Of a DNA stretch of 64,000 nucleotides, positions 19,276 through 27,173 are shown piece after piece. Position 1 is the first letter of the stretch. The number at the start of each line of letters is the position of its first letter. Below the pieces are notes generated by a model. That model was not told where the DNA came from and did not search any database. It worked only from the letters and a program-made list of their open reading frames with translations. The stretch is taken from the sequence record OQ790161.1. One strand, written 5' to 3'. Both the position numbers and the translations under genes were made by a program.

Positions 19276-19707
19276 ATGTCCAATCAACAAGAGAATGCAC
19301 GTTTCGTGGATATGGGTGGCGGTAACATTGCCGAAATGATCGCACATCAGATCCAGGTCTTCTGGGATCCGACAAACCAGGCAGCGCGGGCCATCTTCAA
19401 CGGCGCACCTTACATGCTGATGGGACGGAAGTACCAACGTATCGGCATGGATCAAGACATGCTCGAGCAGGAACTGACGCACTTGATGCATCTGCGTTTG
19501 ATCCCGCCGGGGACGCTTGATCCGGTGACTGGCTTTGACCTGTCCAACGTCTCGATGTACGGGATCGTGCTCATCCACAAGGGTGCCTACGATTTCTTCT
19601 ACAACGTGCGTGCAGGTACGCCGGGGTATCCGTTGCCCGGTACGATCGCTGGCGCAGCACCGACCTACCAAGGCGAAAGTCGTCCTTCGGTTCCGGTCGA
19701 AATCTGA
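19276..19707 (+). CDS. Hypothetical tail-associated protein
   Basis: 143 aa with FWDPT and DPVTGFDLSNVS...KGAYD motifs; lies between two adhesin-like genes. Confidence 0.6.
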   Translation: MSNQQENARFVDMGGGNIAEMIAHQIQVFWDPTNQAARAIFNGAPYMLMGRKYQRIGMDQDMLEQELTHLMHLRLIPPGTLDPVTGFDLSNVSMYGIVLIHKGAYDFFYNVRAGTPGYPLPGTIAGAAPTYQGESRPSVPVEI

Positions 19708-19713
19708 AAACCA

Positions 19714-19757
19714 GCATAGCGTAGAGAGGAGCTTCGGCTCCTCTCTATTTTATGTCC
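19714..19757 (+). terminator. Hairpin with GCATAG / TTTTATGTC flanks
   Basis: GCATAGCG-TAGAGAGGAGC-TTCG-GCTCCTCTCTA-TTTTATGTC. Confidence 0.85.
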
Positions 19758-19775
19758 TTCATGGTAGCGACCTTT

Positions 19776-20234
19776 ATGGCTCTTGGCACTAACCCCAGTT
19801 TCTCGCAGATCCGTGCGTTCTTTGGCGGATCCAACAATTTCAAGGACTACTATCGCGGCGGTCCTTACGTTCCCAACATTCCAGCCAACAACGCCATCCC
19901 GACATCGCCGGCCGGCATGTCCATGCGGCAGTTCTCTGGTGCTGACAAGAACGTGAGTGGCCCGTTGAGCGTCACTGCACCTGACGTGTTCAACCAAGTC
20001 AATAACGGTACAGCCTCAGGTTCGTCTGTAGCGAGTGCGTCGGGTGGTGCAGGCGGCTATACCTATACCTGGGCCAACAACAGTGGGGCCACGATGAGTA
20101 CCAATGGTGCAGGCGCCACGTTCTCTGCGACGTCCTCTCGGTCCGGTAGCGCTACGGTCACGGCACGTGACTCCTCGGGAGCTACCGCAACGAGGACGAT
20201 CGTCGTTGAGTTGACGGTGGGGCGCCCTGTTTAA
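19776..20234 (+). CDS. Second putative fibre-tip adhesin, paralog of 18733-19203
   Basis: Likely start ATG 19776 (the track starts at 19752). N-terminus SFSQIRAFFGG..FKDYYRGGPYVPNIP; the last ~91 aa are about 80% identical to those of 18733-19203. Confidence 0.65.
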   Translation: MALGTNPSFSQIRAFFGGSNNFKDYYRGGPYVPNIPANNAIPTSPAGMSMRQFSGADKNVSGPLSVTAPDVFNQVNNGTASGSSVASASGGAGGYTYTWANNSGATMSTNGAGATFSATSSRSGSATVTARDSSGATATRTIVVELTVGRPV

Positions 20235-20307
20235 GTATACAAAGTGGGCAATACTTTGAGACCGTTTCTTCACGCCATGGTCAAAGATTACATAGCCGAC
20301 TAGGTCT

Positions 20308-20886
20308 ATGACTTTACGGACCTCTTGGCCGCCTACTGACTCTTATCAAGGCCACGTACCTATGGGCAATCCACCACCCACCGATCGACGCTTCGATAAG
20401 CCTGCAAGCGAATCGCTCGTTGATCTGATCAACTACAGCAACAAGACGTATATCCAGTACGGCGAGATCGAAGGCGACCAAGTCGCTCCGTTCGCCGGAG
20501 GTGCGATGTATAACACCTCGGTGCGCATTTGCCTTGCGGGCATGAGCAACAGTGGTCCGCATTCCAAGATGACCTACGGGCGCTTGGACATTGGCCAGTA
20601 CCTGCCGGAACCGGACCTGTTCACCTACGACACCGTGGCCGATGCCAGCGGACTGTTCCAACAGCTGCGCGATCGCCATCATATCTGGTTGGACGGGGAC
20701 GACTGCAAGATCATCATCGGGGAACTCGATTCCGCCGGACTTCGTTCCATCGTCTTCATTCCCAAAGCCGACCACTACGTGTGGACCGGACAGTTGGTGG
20801 TGAGGGCTGCCTTGAAGAACCATCTCCAGCGCTTCATCACCGAGCGCACCCTGCTGGGTTTCTCCAGACCACAGCTGGAATTGTAA
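20308..20886 (+). CDS. phiKZ-like virion structural protein
   Basis: 192 aa with LVDLINYSN...YGRLDI...VWTGQL and a terminal TLLGF motif. Confidence 0.65.
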   Translation: MTLRTSWPPTDSYQGHVPMGNPPPTDRRFDKPASESLVDLINYSNKTYIQYGEIEGDQVAPFAGGAMYNTSVRICLAGMSNSGPHSKMTYGRLDIGQYLPEPDLFTYDTVADASGLFQQLRDRHHIWLDGDDCKIIIGELDSAGLRSIVFIPKADHYVWTGQLVVRAALKNHLQRFITERTLLGFSRPQLEL

Positions 20887-20890
20887 CAAT

Positions 20891-20920
20891 GGGGCTCCTT
20901 CGGGAGCCCCAGTTATGTCG
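20891..20920 (+). terminator. Hairpin with TTATGTCG tail
   Basis: GGGGCTCC-TTCG-GGAGCCCC-AGTTATGTCG. Confidence 0.75.
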
Positions 20921-21027
20921 CTTATACTGTGACTACCTTGACCTGTACACTGACCTAGCGTTCAGCTGTCCGCCGTTCGCAGGTCGAGTCGGTACTGTCT
21001 AACCAACTCACAGTGGAGCACTAACCA

Positions 21028-21900
21028 ATGGCAACCACGCCACGCATCATCACGCGCACCATCAACGGTTCGCGCATCCTGGCCGGCCTGCAGCAGGGCA
21101 AGGAATACACCCACGTTCCCTTCACCACCCTCAACGAAGCCCTCGGCAGCAATGCTGCGGTGATGCCGTTGGACGGTGATACCCCGCGCGTGCGTTACTA
21201 CGCGATCGGCATCAACGGTCACGTCAACCGCGTGGGTACCGATGGCGGCCATTACACCCAGGCACGTCAGAAGGGTCCGGAAGAGTTCGGCCTGTACAAC
21301 CAGATCCCGTTCGTGCTGCGTTCGCCGACCGAAGATCTGACCCAAGCCGAGCGTGCACCGTACGCCCTGCGCAAGATCATCGAGATCAACGGCGAGAAGT
21401 TCATTGCCTATTACCTCAAGCGCATCCCGATCAGCAACGAAGCGGTCAAGATGCTGCACAACACCGTCGTGGACGGTGTGACCACCACGGTCCCGTACGT
21501 GCCGACCAACGCCAACCTGCATCCGGTTCCCAAGGATCCGTCGTCGGTGAATGTGATCTCCACCAACGGCACCTACCTGTCCACCTCGGCCATGATGACC
21601 TTGGAGTTCTCGGCCAAGGACGTGGAAGAGTTGCTGGAAGTGGCCAAGATCATGTTCGGCTCCGAAGAGCGTGCACTGATCTCCGAAATCGCGCTGGTCG
21701 CAGGTAGCGACCGCACCTTGCAAGTGACCGACCCCGGTCAGGCGCCGTTCGCAATGAACGAAGTGGTGCAAGCGCAGATCTCCACCAACATCACGGGCCT
21801 GTGGCCGGTGGCCTTCACTTCCGAAGGTTTCACCTACGACCTGGATCTGGGTGGAACCGAACCGATGGTGGGCATGGATCCCTCCGCGGTCATCCCGTAA
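21028..21900 (+). CDS. Conserved phiKZ-like virion structural protein (gp87-like)
   Basis: 290 aa; TLNE...YYAIG..GH...IPFVLR...DL...ER..Y.LR...AYYLKR motif string recalled from phiKZ-like phages. Confidence 0.7.
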   Translation: MATTPRIITRTINGSRILAGLQQGKEYTHVPFTTLNEALGSNAAVMPLDGDTPRVRYYAIGINGHVNRVGTDGGHYTQARQKGPEEFGLYNQIPFVLRSPTEDLTQAERAPYALRKIIEINGEKFIAYYLKRIPISNEAVKMLHNTVVDGVTTTVPYVPTNANLHPVPKDPSSVNVISTNGTYLSTSAMMTLEFSAKDVEELLEVAKIMFGSEERALISEIALVAGSDRTLQVTDPGQAPFAMNEVVQAQISTNITGLWPVAFTSEGFTYDLDLGGTEPMVGMDPSAVIP

Positions 21901-21919
21901 TACCCCTGAGGTAAACCCC

Positions 21920-22504
21920 ATGTTACTGCGTGAAGAGAAAGAAAGACCGCTTCGCGTGGTAGGCATTGACCCCGGTACGGAAAACCTCGGTTTCTCCGTA
22001 CTGGATCTGTTCTTGCGTACCGGTGCTGTGGAAGTGGCTCATTCGGAAACGCTTCTGGGCAACAAGCTCATGAGCGAGTTCCGTGTTGAAGAACGAGTCC
22101 ACGGCGCTCGTACGGCAAGACTGATGGCGTTGGAAAATCGCTTGTTCGATATGTTCGAGGAATTCCAACCGCATGCCATCTGCACAGAGTCGCCTTTTTT
22201 GGGACGCTTCCCGCAAGCCTTCGCTGCACTGACTGAGTGCGTGAGCTTTGTGCGGCGGGCTGTGTGTCGGTACGACCGATACATGCCCTTGGAGATGGTT
22301 GATCCACCCACTGCCAAGAAAGCGGTGGGCATGACAGTCAAGCGCGGCATCACGAAAGACGACGTTACGGTGGCAGTTGCCAAGTTGCCCCTTCAGTATG
22401 CCAGCGGTATTGTGTTGGCCGATCTGGATGAGCACGAGGTTGACTCGATCGCCGTTGCCTACTACCAAGCCAAGATTTTCCTCAATCAGATTCCCAACCT
22501 TTAA
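21920..22504 (+). CDS. ruvC: RuvC-like Holliday junction resolvase
   Basis: VVGIDPGT, AICTESPF, AKKAVG and DEHEVDSIAVA acidic catalytic motifs; start ATG 21920 after GAGGT. Confidence 0.9.
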   Translation: MLLREEKERPLRVVGIDPGTENLGFSVLDLFLRTGAVEVAHSETLLGNKLMSEFRVEERVHGARTARLMALENRLFDMFEEFQPHAICTESPFLGRFPQAFAALTECVSFVRRAVCRYDRYMPLEMVDPPTAKKAVGMTVKRGITKDDVTVAVAKLPLQYASGIVLADLDEHEVDSIAVAYYQAKIFLNQIPNL

Positions 22505-22516
22505 GTGGAATGAGCC

Positions 22517-23008
22517 ATGAAGCTGGATGATGTTTTCCAAACAGCAGGCGATCACCAGCTTTCTGGTTTTGCATGGGGCGCAAGCGCTGTCGTGTTGTAT
22601 AACACGCTGGTTGCTCCGCCCCACGCCATCGACGTAAGTCACACCGGCACCCAAGCCCGTGACAAGTTGCGTGCATTGCCCACCTCCACGTTGTTGGCAG
22701 TGCTTTCCCGTCGGGTGTTGCTGGAAGGAGATGCGGTGGAATTCATCGGTACTGCTCGCGAGCAGGCTGATGGTGTTCCACCCACGGTTCCCACCAACAC
22801 GCGTCGGGTCAATCCGATGGCGATGGTTCTGATGGCTTTCCTGCTGATGATCTGCGGCGTGCTCACCTTCGGCGCATATCAAGGTAAGACGGATCCGGAA
22901 ACACTCAAGGTCATTATCACGGCCCTGGTGGATCTGTCCAAGGACGCCTACAAGGACCCCAACCAACCGGCAGCTCCCAAGCCTGCCGAGGAAACGGTAA
23001 CGCCTTAA
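22517..23008 (+). CDS. Hypothetical membrane protein
   Basis: 163 aa with one hydrophobic segment, MAMVLMAFLLMICGVLTFGAY. Confidence 0.6.
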   Translation: MKLDDVFQTAGDHQLSGFAWGASAVVLYNTLVAPPHAIDVSHTGTQARDKLRALPTSTLLAVLSRRVLLEGDAVEFIGTAREQADGVPPTVPTNTRRVNPMAMVLMAFLLMICGVLTFGAYQGKTDPETLKVIITALVDLSKDAYKDPNQPAAPKPAEETVTP

Positions 23009-23009
23009 G

Positions 23010-23050
23010 CGACATAGACCCCCGCCCCAAAAGGGCGGGGGCTTATGCTG
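23010..23050. terminator. Bidirectional hairpin between convergent genes
   Basis: CGACATAGA-CCCCCGCCC-CAAAA-GGGCGGGGG-CTTATGCTG. Confidence 0.8.
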
Positions 23051-23051
23051 T

Positions 23052-23660
23052 TTAGATGGCTTGCAACTGGACGTGCGGTGTCTTCTTCATGGCCTTGGCC
23101 ACCTGCGAGAGGATGGCAGTGGGCTCACGGTAAGTACCGTACTCCTTCATGTACTCCGACTCGATACGACGCTTGGCTTCCATGCGCTTCTTGCTCGGCC
23201 GCCAGCCGAAGATGCCCCAGGCACGCACAGCGGTGAACATGACGCCACGTTCGAACCAATGAACGCCAGCCACCTTCATCGCATCGCGGAAGATATGGTC
23301 AGCTTGCTTGCGGGAGATCTCATACGGGATCTCATCGCGGAACATGGTCTTGGTTTCGCACAGGATGTCATGCAGCACGGCGGCTTGACCGTAGCGGCCC
23401 CACGGTGGCAGGATCCACCACAGCGGCTTGGGCACACTGGCACCGTCAGTCAGGAAGCCAGCCGGCACGTAGCCCCACACGTTGCGTTCTGCTTCGCTGA
23501 GGTAGTACCGGAAGGATTTGGTGACCTTGAAGTAGGTCTTCCCCAACACTTTGGAGGCCACCTCATCTTTCTCCACCGACAAGTCGGTATCGAAGTTGGT
23601 GAACGCCTCAGCTTCCTTGAGCAAGGTCGCCGTGGGGACATACGGGGTGTTGATGATCAT
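23052..23660 (-). CDS. DUF1353-family protein
   Basis: Likely start ATG 23660, 202 aa; VPAGFLTDGASVPKPLWWILPPWGRYGQAAVLHDILC...ADHIF..AM signature. Confidence 0.85.
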   Translation of the reverse strand: MIINTPYVPTATLLKEAEAFTNFDTDLSVEKDEVASKVLGKTYFKVTKSFRYYLSEAERNVWGYVPAGFLTDGASVPKPLWWILPPWGRYGQAAVLHDILCETKTMFRDEIPYEISRKQADHIFRDAMKVAGVHWFERGVMFTAVRAWGIFGWRPSKKRMEAKRRIESEYMKEYGTYREPTAILSQVAKAMKKTPHVQLQAI

Positions 23661-23685
23661 TGAATGCTCCACGGAATAAAAGAAC

Positions 23686-23707
23686 CGGGGGAGGTTGCCC
23701 TCCCCCG
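23686..23707 (-). terminator. Hairpin downstream of the Hint-domain gene
   Basis: CGGGGGAGG-TTGC-CCTCCCCCG, with T-rich sequence following on the minus strand. Confidence 0.7.
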
Positions 23708-23718
23708 ATACGGTGCAG

Positions 23719-25053
23719 TTATGCCAGCTGCTTCTGGTTGGACATGTTGTGCGTTGCGATACGACGATCGCCGCGCTCACCAGCGAAGTAACTCTGGTCA
23801 TCCACGTTGAATAGGACCACGTCACGCACACCGACGAACTCGATGAAGCGTACCGGCTCCCAACGCAACTCGCCTTGGTCGTTGACGAAGACGTCTTCGT
23901 TGAGCATCTCCGGTCCGAACATCTTGCACGAGCCATCGCGCATGGTCATCGGGGTGGACTCCGACGCCACGATCGAAATACCCGACTCGGTGGTCAGACG
24001 GTAGCACGGTTGCGGCATCACTGCATTGGCACGAACCTGACGCGGAACCATCGTGTCGGGGTTGTAAGCCGACCCGTCGATCCAATCGTCAATGGCAATG
24101 TCCGATGCCAACCGCTCATCGTCCATGTACATCGTCGTGGCCACGCAGCCGCCACCACCACCACCGCCTCCGCCCCCTCCGCCACCACCGCCTCCGCCAC
24201 CACCCGATTCGGGCGTGATGATGTCCAGATCACAGAACTCGCAGTTCATGTTGAACAGGTAACGGAAGTTGGCGACCACGTTGCCATTGCGCTTGATCAA
24301 CACGCGGAACCAGCCGCGGTTGTAAATACGCAACACTGCATTGGGATCGCGGTAGGCCGAGTTGTTAGCCAAGGTGGTCATGTCAAGCGTCAGGTCCAAC
24401 GCACGGTCGGTGTTGACCGGCATGTCGTTACCTGCGCCAGCCACAGAGGTGTTGGAGTTGTTGAACTGACCGGGCACGCCCGGCTGCCACGACCACGTCG
24501 CCGGATTGGCCGGCTTGGGGATCCACCAACGTCCGTTCTCCTGGGTTTCCAGTTGATAGGAGATGGTGTATGCGTCGCCGAAGTCGCCGCGCGGAGACTG
24601 GGCCCAGTTACCCGAAGCGACCGTGCGGCCTTCCGGATACAGGTAACCCAGCTGACCGCCGCCGGAGCGCACCACACGTGCGGTGAAGTTACGGGTGGAC
24701 TGCCAGATGTCCCAGGTGCCGTTACGACGGAACGTCAAGACCACACGCTGGATGCAGTGGGCCACGTGCCACTGGGTAGAAGGACAGGTCGACCACGGAC
24801 CGTCGTAGGTACCGATGTCACCCATCGGCTGGGTGTAAGAGACCGTGCCCTTACCTGCCCAGTAGTTGGCCAAGTCCGTACCGTTGCTGTCGTAGTGCCC
24901 CACATCGCCAATGCGCGACCCCGCCGAAAGCGGGGCGTAGCGCAACTGCTGTCCATCGGGGCGGAAGAATCCGCCCGCTTGGGGACCGCCTTCATCTTGC
25001 TCGAAGATGTCGTCGAAGTCCTGCCCGGCGCCGTTGTAGAAATAGGTGGTCAT
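23719..25053 (-). CDS. Putative fibre-tip protein with G19 linker and C-terminal Hint (intein-like) domain
   Basis: 444 aa. N-terminal DFDDIF...RYAPLSAGSRIGDVG...DLANYWAGKGT module, a W-rich middle domain, 19 Gly (24148-24204), then a 134 aa domain from CVATT to ATHN with QPCYRLTTESG and GVRDVVLFNV, followed by MSNQKQLA. Confidence 0.8.
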   Translation of the reverse strand: MTTYFYNGAGQDFDDIFEQDEGGPQAGGFFRPDGQQLRYAPLSAGSRIGDVGHYDSNGTDLANYWAGKGTVSYTQPMGDIGTYDGPWSTCPSTQWHVAHCIQRVVLTFRRNGTWDIWQSTRNFTARVVRSGGGQLGYLYPEGRTVASGNWAQSPRGDFGDAYTISYQLETQENGRWWIPKPANPATWSWQPGVPGQFNNSNTSVAGAGNDMPVNTDRALDLTLDMTTLANNSAYRDPNAVLRIYNRGWFRVLIKRNGNVVANFRYLFNMNCEFCDLDIITPESGGGGGGGGGGGGGGGGGGGCVATTMYMDDERLASDIAIDDWIDGSAYNPDTMVPRQVRANAVMPQPCYRLTTESGISIVASESTPMTMRDGSCKMFGPEMLNEDVFVNDQGELRWEPVRFIEFVGVRDVVLFNVDDQSYFAGERGDRRIATHNMSNQKQLA

Positions 25054-25063
25054 GGTAACCTCC

Positions 25064-27142
25064 TTATTTGCTTTCCAGCGCGGCCAGACGAACCAGCAGC
25101 GATTGGATCAGGTCATCTTGCTGAGCGACCTTTTCGTGCAGCGCATCCACTTCCTGACCGGCCTTGTAGGCCATCTCGAAAGCAGCACCGGTGTTGTTCA
25201 CCGCCAGACGCTTGCACTTACGGCGACCGATACCATGGTCGTACTCGATGACCAGATCCGGAGCCACACGTTGCATGTCCTGTGCCACCGGACCGTGCTG
25301 CTTCTCACCAGTGTCCTTCATCTCCCACTGCTTGTAGTCGAAACTACGCCAGAGGGGACGAGCGTCCAGCTTACGGATACCGGTCTTCAGGCGCTTGTCC
25401 GAGGGCTGGAAACCAGCGCCGGCAATTGCACGGCCGTTGTGGACCACGTAGTTACCGCTGGCCTGGAACTGGAAGTAACGCGAACCAGCCACACGCAGCG
25501 AGATCGAACCATCACCGTCCTGATACAGGTAGCCGCTGTTGCCGATGACCAGTGTGTTCAGCTGGGCGTTGGAACCAACCACCACACGCTGATCGATCTG
25601 AGCCTGCAACGGATTGACCGCACGCGCCTGCACCAACTGCGCGGTGCGCAGCGGGGTCATGTACACGGTGTTGGCCCCGCCACCTTCAGCGTCGCCTTGC
25701 GAGGCGATGCCGTAGTTCTGCACGTTACCCAGATTCACCTGTGCGGCAGTGGTGCCGTGCGGGTTGTTGGTATTGTTGATGTGGCCGTTGATCGAGTTGG
25801 TCAGTGGCGTCACAGCCTGGGCGGTGATCGCTTCCTTGGTCCGCAGCGGCGTCATGTACGTCGCATTGTCCGCACCGGCCTGTGCCTGCGCCGTCGAGGC
25901 AATACCGTAGTTCTCCACGTTGCCCAGGTTGACCTGTGCTTTGGTGGTACCGTGAGGATTGTTGGTATTGTTGATGTGCGCGGTGAACTGCGAACCCACA
26001 GCACTGTCGATCAGCGACTTGGTGGTCGCCGGCGTCATGAACAGGTTCGTGGCCGTGCCAGCTTGCGCTTGGGCCGTGGTGGCCGTCAGGAAGTTGTCCA
26101 CGTTGCCGAGCTGGACTTGGGCCTTGGTCGTGTTATGCGGATTGTCCTGACGAGCAATGTGCGCATTCAACGGAGCCAGTGCCAGCGCCGTGATTGCAGC
26201 ACCGGTGAGGGTAGCAGTCATGTACGCTTCACCCACGCCGGCCTGTGCCTGAGCGGTGGTGGCCAGACCATAGTTGACCACGCTGCCCAACTGAACCTGG
26301 GCTTTGGTCACGCCATGGGGATTGTCGACACGCGCGATGTGCGCGTTCAGCGGAGTGACCGCCTGGAAGGTGATCGCTTCTTTGGTACGCAACGCGGTCA
26401 TGTAGACGTTGTTGGCCGTACCAGCCGTGGCTTGCGCCGTGGTTGCGATCCCGTAGTTTTCCACCGACCCCAGCAGCACTTGGGCCTTGGTGACCTGGTG
26501 CGGGTTGCTGACGTTGTTGATGTGGTCGTTGATCTGCGAGTCCAGCGAGGTGATCAGTGCGCGCAGCTCATTGTCCTTGAGGTCAATGTACTGACGCAAT
26601 TCATCGAACGCTGCCTGGTCGCCCAGCAAGATCGCACGACGGATCTGTTCCAACACGGCCACGAGATACTCGAAGCCGTAGAGGTCACCGATGTCATGCA
26701 AGTGAGCGGTGGGCGGGAAGTACTCGGGAGCACCGATCAGATCGCCCCAGTACACGGTGCGGTTGTCCAGATCCAGACCTTCGATCATGTCCTCGATCGA
26801 GGACACCGAAGCGGAGTAGGTACCACCGATGGCCTGGTAGTCGATCTCGATGTCCGTGGCCCGGCATTCGGGCAGGATGATCACGACCGAACAGATTTCC
26901 TGACCAGCACGCAGCGAGGCTTCGAGGAACATGTGGACCGGACGGTAATCCACGTCCGGTACCAGCACTGCGCTGGTGACCTTGTTGCGGACGACCATCC
27001 CACGGGTGTAGAACGGACCACGAGTGGTCACGAAAGCTCGGGTTCCGGTAGCTGCAACAACGTGCAGCTCAGCGGTCACCTTATTGGTGACCGCAGTACC
27101 GGAGAGATCGAGCGGGAGTTGAATTACGGGAGGGGTACTCAT
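25064..27142 (-). CDS. phiKZ-type tail fibre (gp145/146-like N-terminus) with five ~61-aa NPH repeats and C-terminal S74
   Basis: LPLDLSG...N.V..E.H...GPFY...DYQAIGG N-terminus; NPHxxTKAQVxLG repeats; PSDKRLK...GPVAQD. Confidence 0.85.
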   Translation of the reverse strand: MSTPPVIQLPLDLSGTAVTNKVTAELHVVAATGTRAFVTTRGPFYTRGMVVRNKVTSAVLVPDVDYRPVHMFLEASLRAGQEICSVVIILPECRATDIEIDYQAIGGTYSASVSSIEDMIEGLDLDNRTVYWGDLIGAPEYFPPTAHLHDIGDLYGFEYLVAVLEQIRRAILLGDQAAFDELRQYIDLKDNELRALITSLDSQINDHINNVSNPHQVTKAQVLLGSVENYGIATTAQATAGTANNVYMTALRTKEAITFQAVTPLNAHIARVDNPHGVTKAQVQLGSVVNYGLATTAQAQAGVGEAYMTATLTGAAITALALAPLNAHIARQDNPHNTTKAQVQLGNVDNFLTATTAQAQAGTATNLFMTPATTKSLIDSAVGSQFTAHINNTNNPHGTTKAQVNLGNVENYGIASTAQAQAGADNATYMTPLRTKEAITAQAVTPLTNSINGHINNTNNPHGTTAAQVNLGNVQNYGIASQGDAEGGGANTVYMTPLRTAQLVQARAVNPLQAQIDQRVVVGSNAQLNTLVIGNSGYLYQDGDGSISLRVAGSRYFQFQASGNYVVHNGRAIAGAGFQPSDKRLKTGIRKLDARPLWRSFDYKQWEMKDTGEKQHGPVAQDMQRVAPDLVIEYDHGIGRRKCKRLAVNNTGAAFEMAYKAGQEVDALHEKVAQQDDLIQSLLVRLAALESK
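25590..26524 (-). repeat. Five ~61-aa HxxxxxNPHxxTxAQVxLGxVxN repeats
   Basis: Read directly from the translation of 25064-27142. Confidence 0.9.
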
Positions 27143-27173
27143 AACCCGCTTGCTCCTAGTTGCTTGATTGGGA

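Noticed and set aside
18928-20234. Diversity-generating retroelement (TR/VR pair) as an explanation for the duplicated tip domains
   Set aside because: Both copies lie inside intact ORFs, the mismatches are not adenine-specific (for example C/T), and there is no reverse transcriptase in the window.
23746-24147. Canonical splicing intein or homing element
   Set aside because: No endonuclease insert, Met follows the terminal Asn, block-B His is missing and the C-extein is only 8 aa; retained as a cleavage-type Hint domain.
24148-24204. Phase-variable microsatellite in the poly-Gly tract
   Set aside because: Gly codons are mixed (GGT/GGC/GGA/GGG), which points to selection on the protein rather than a pure slippage repeat.
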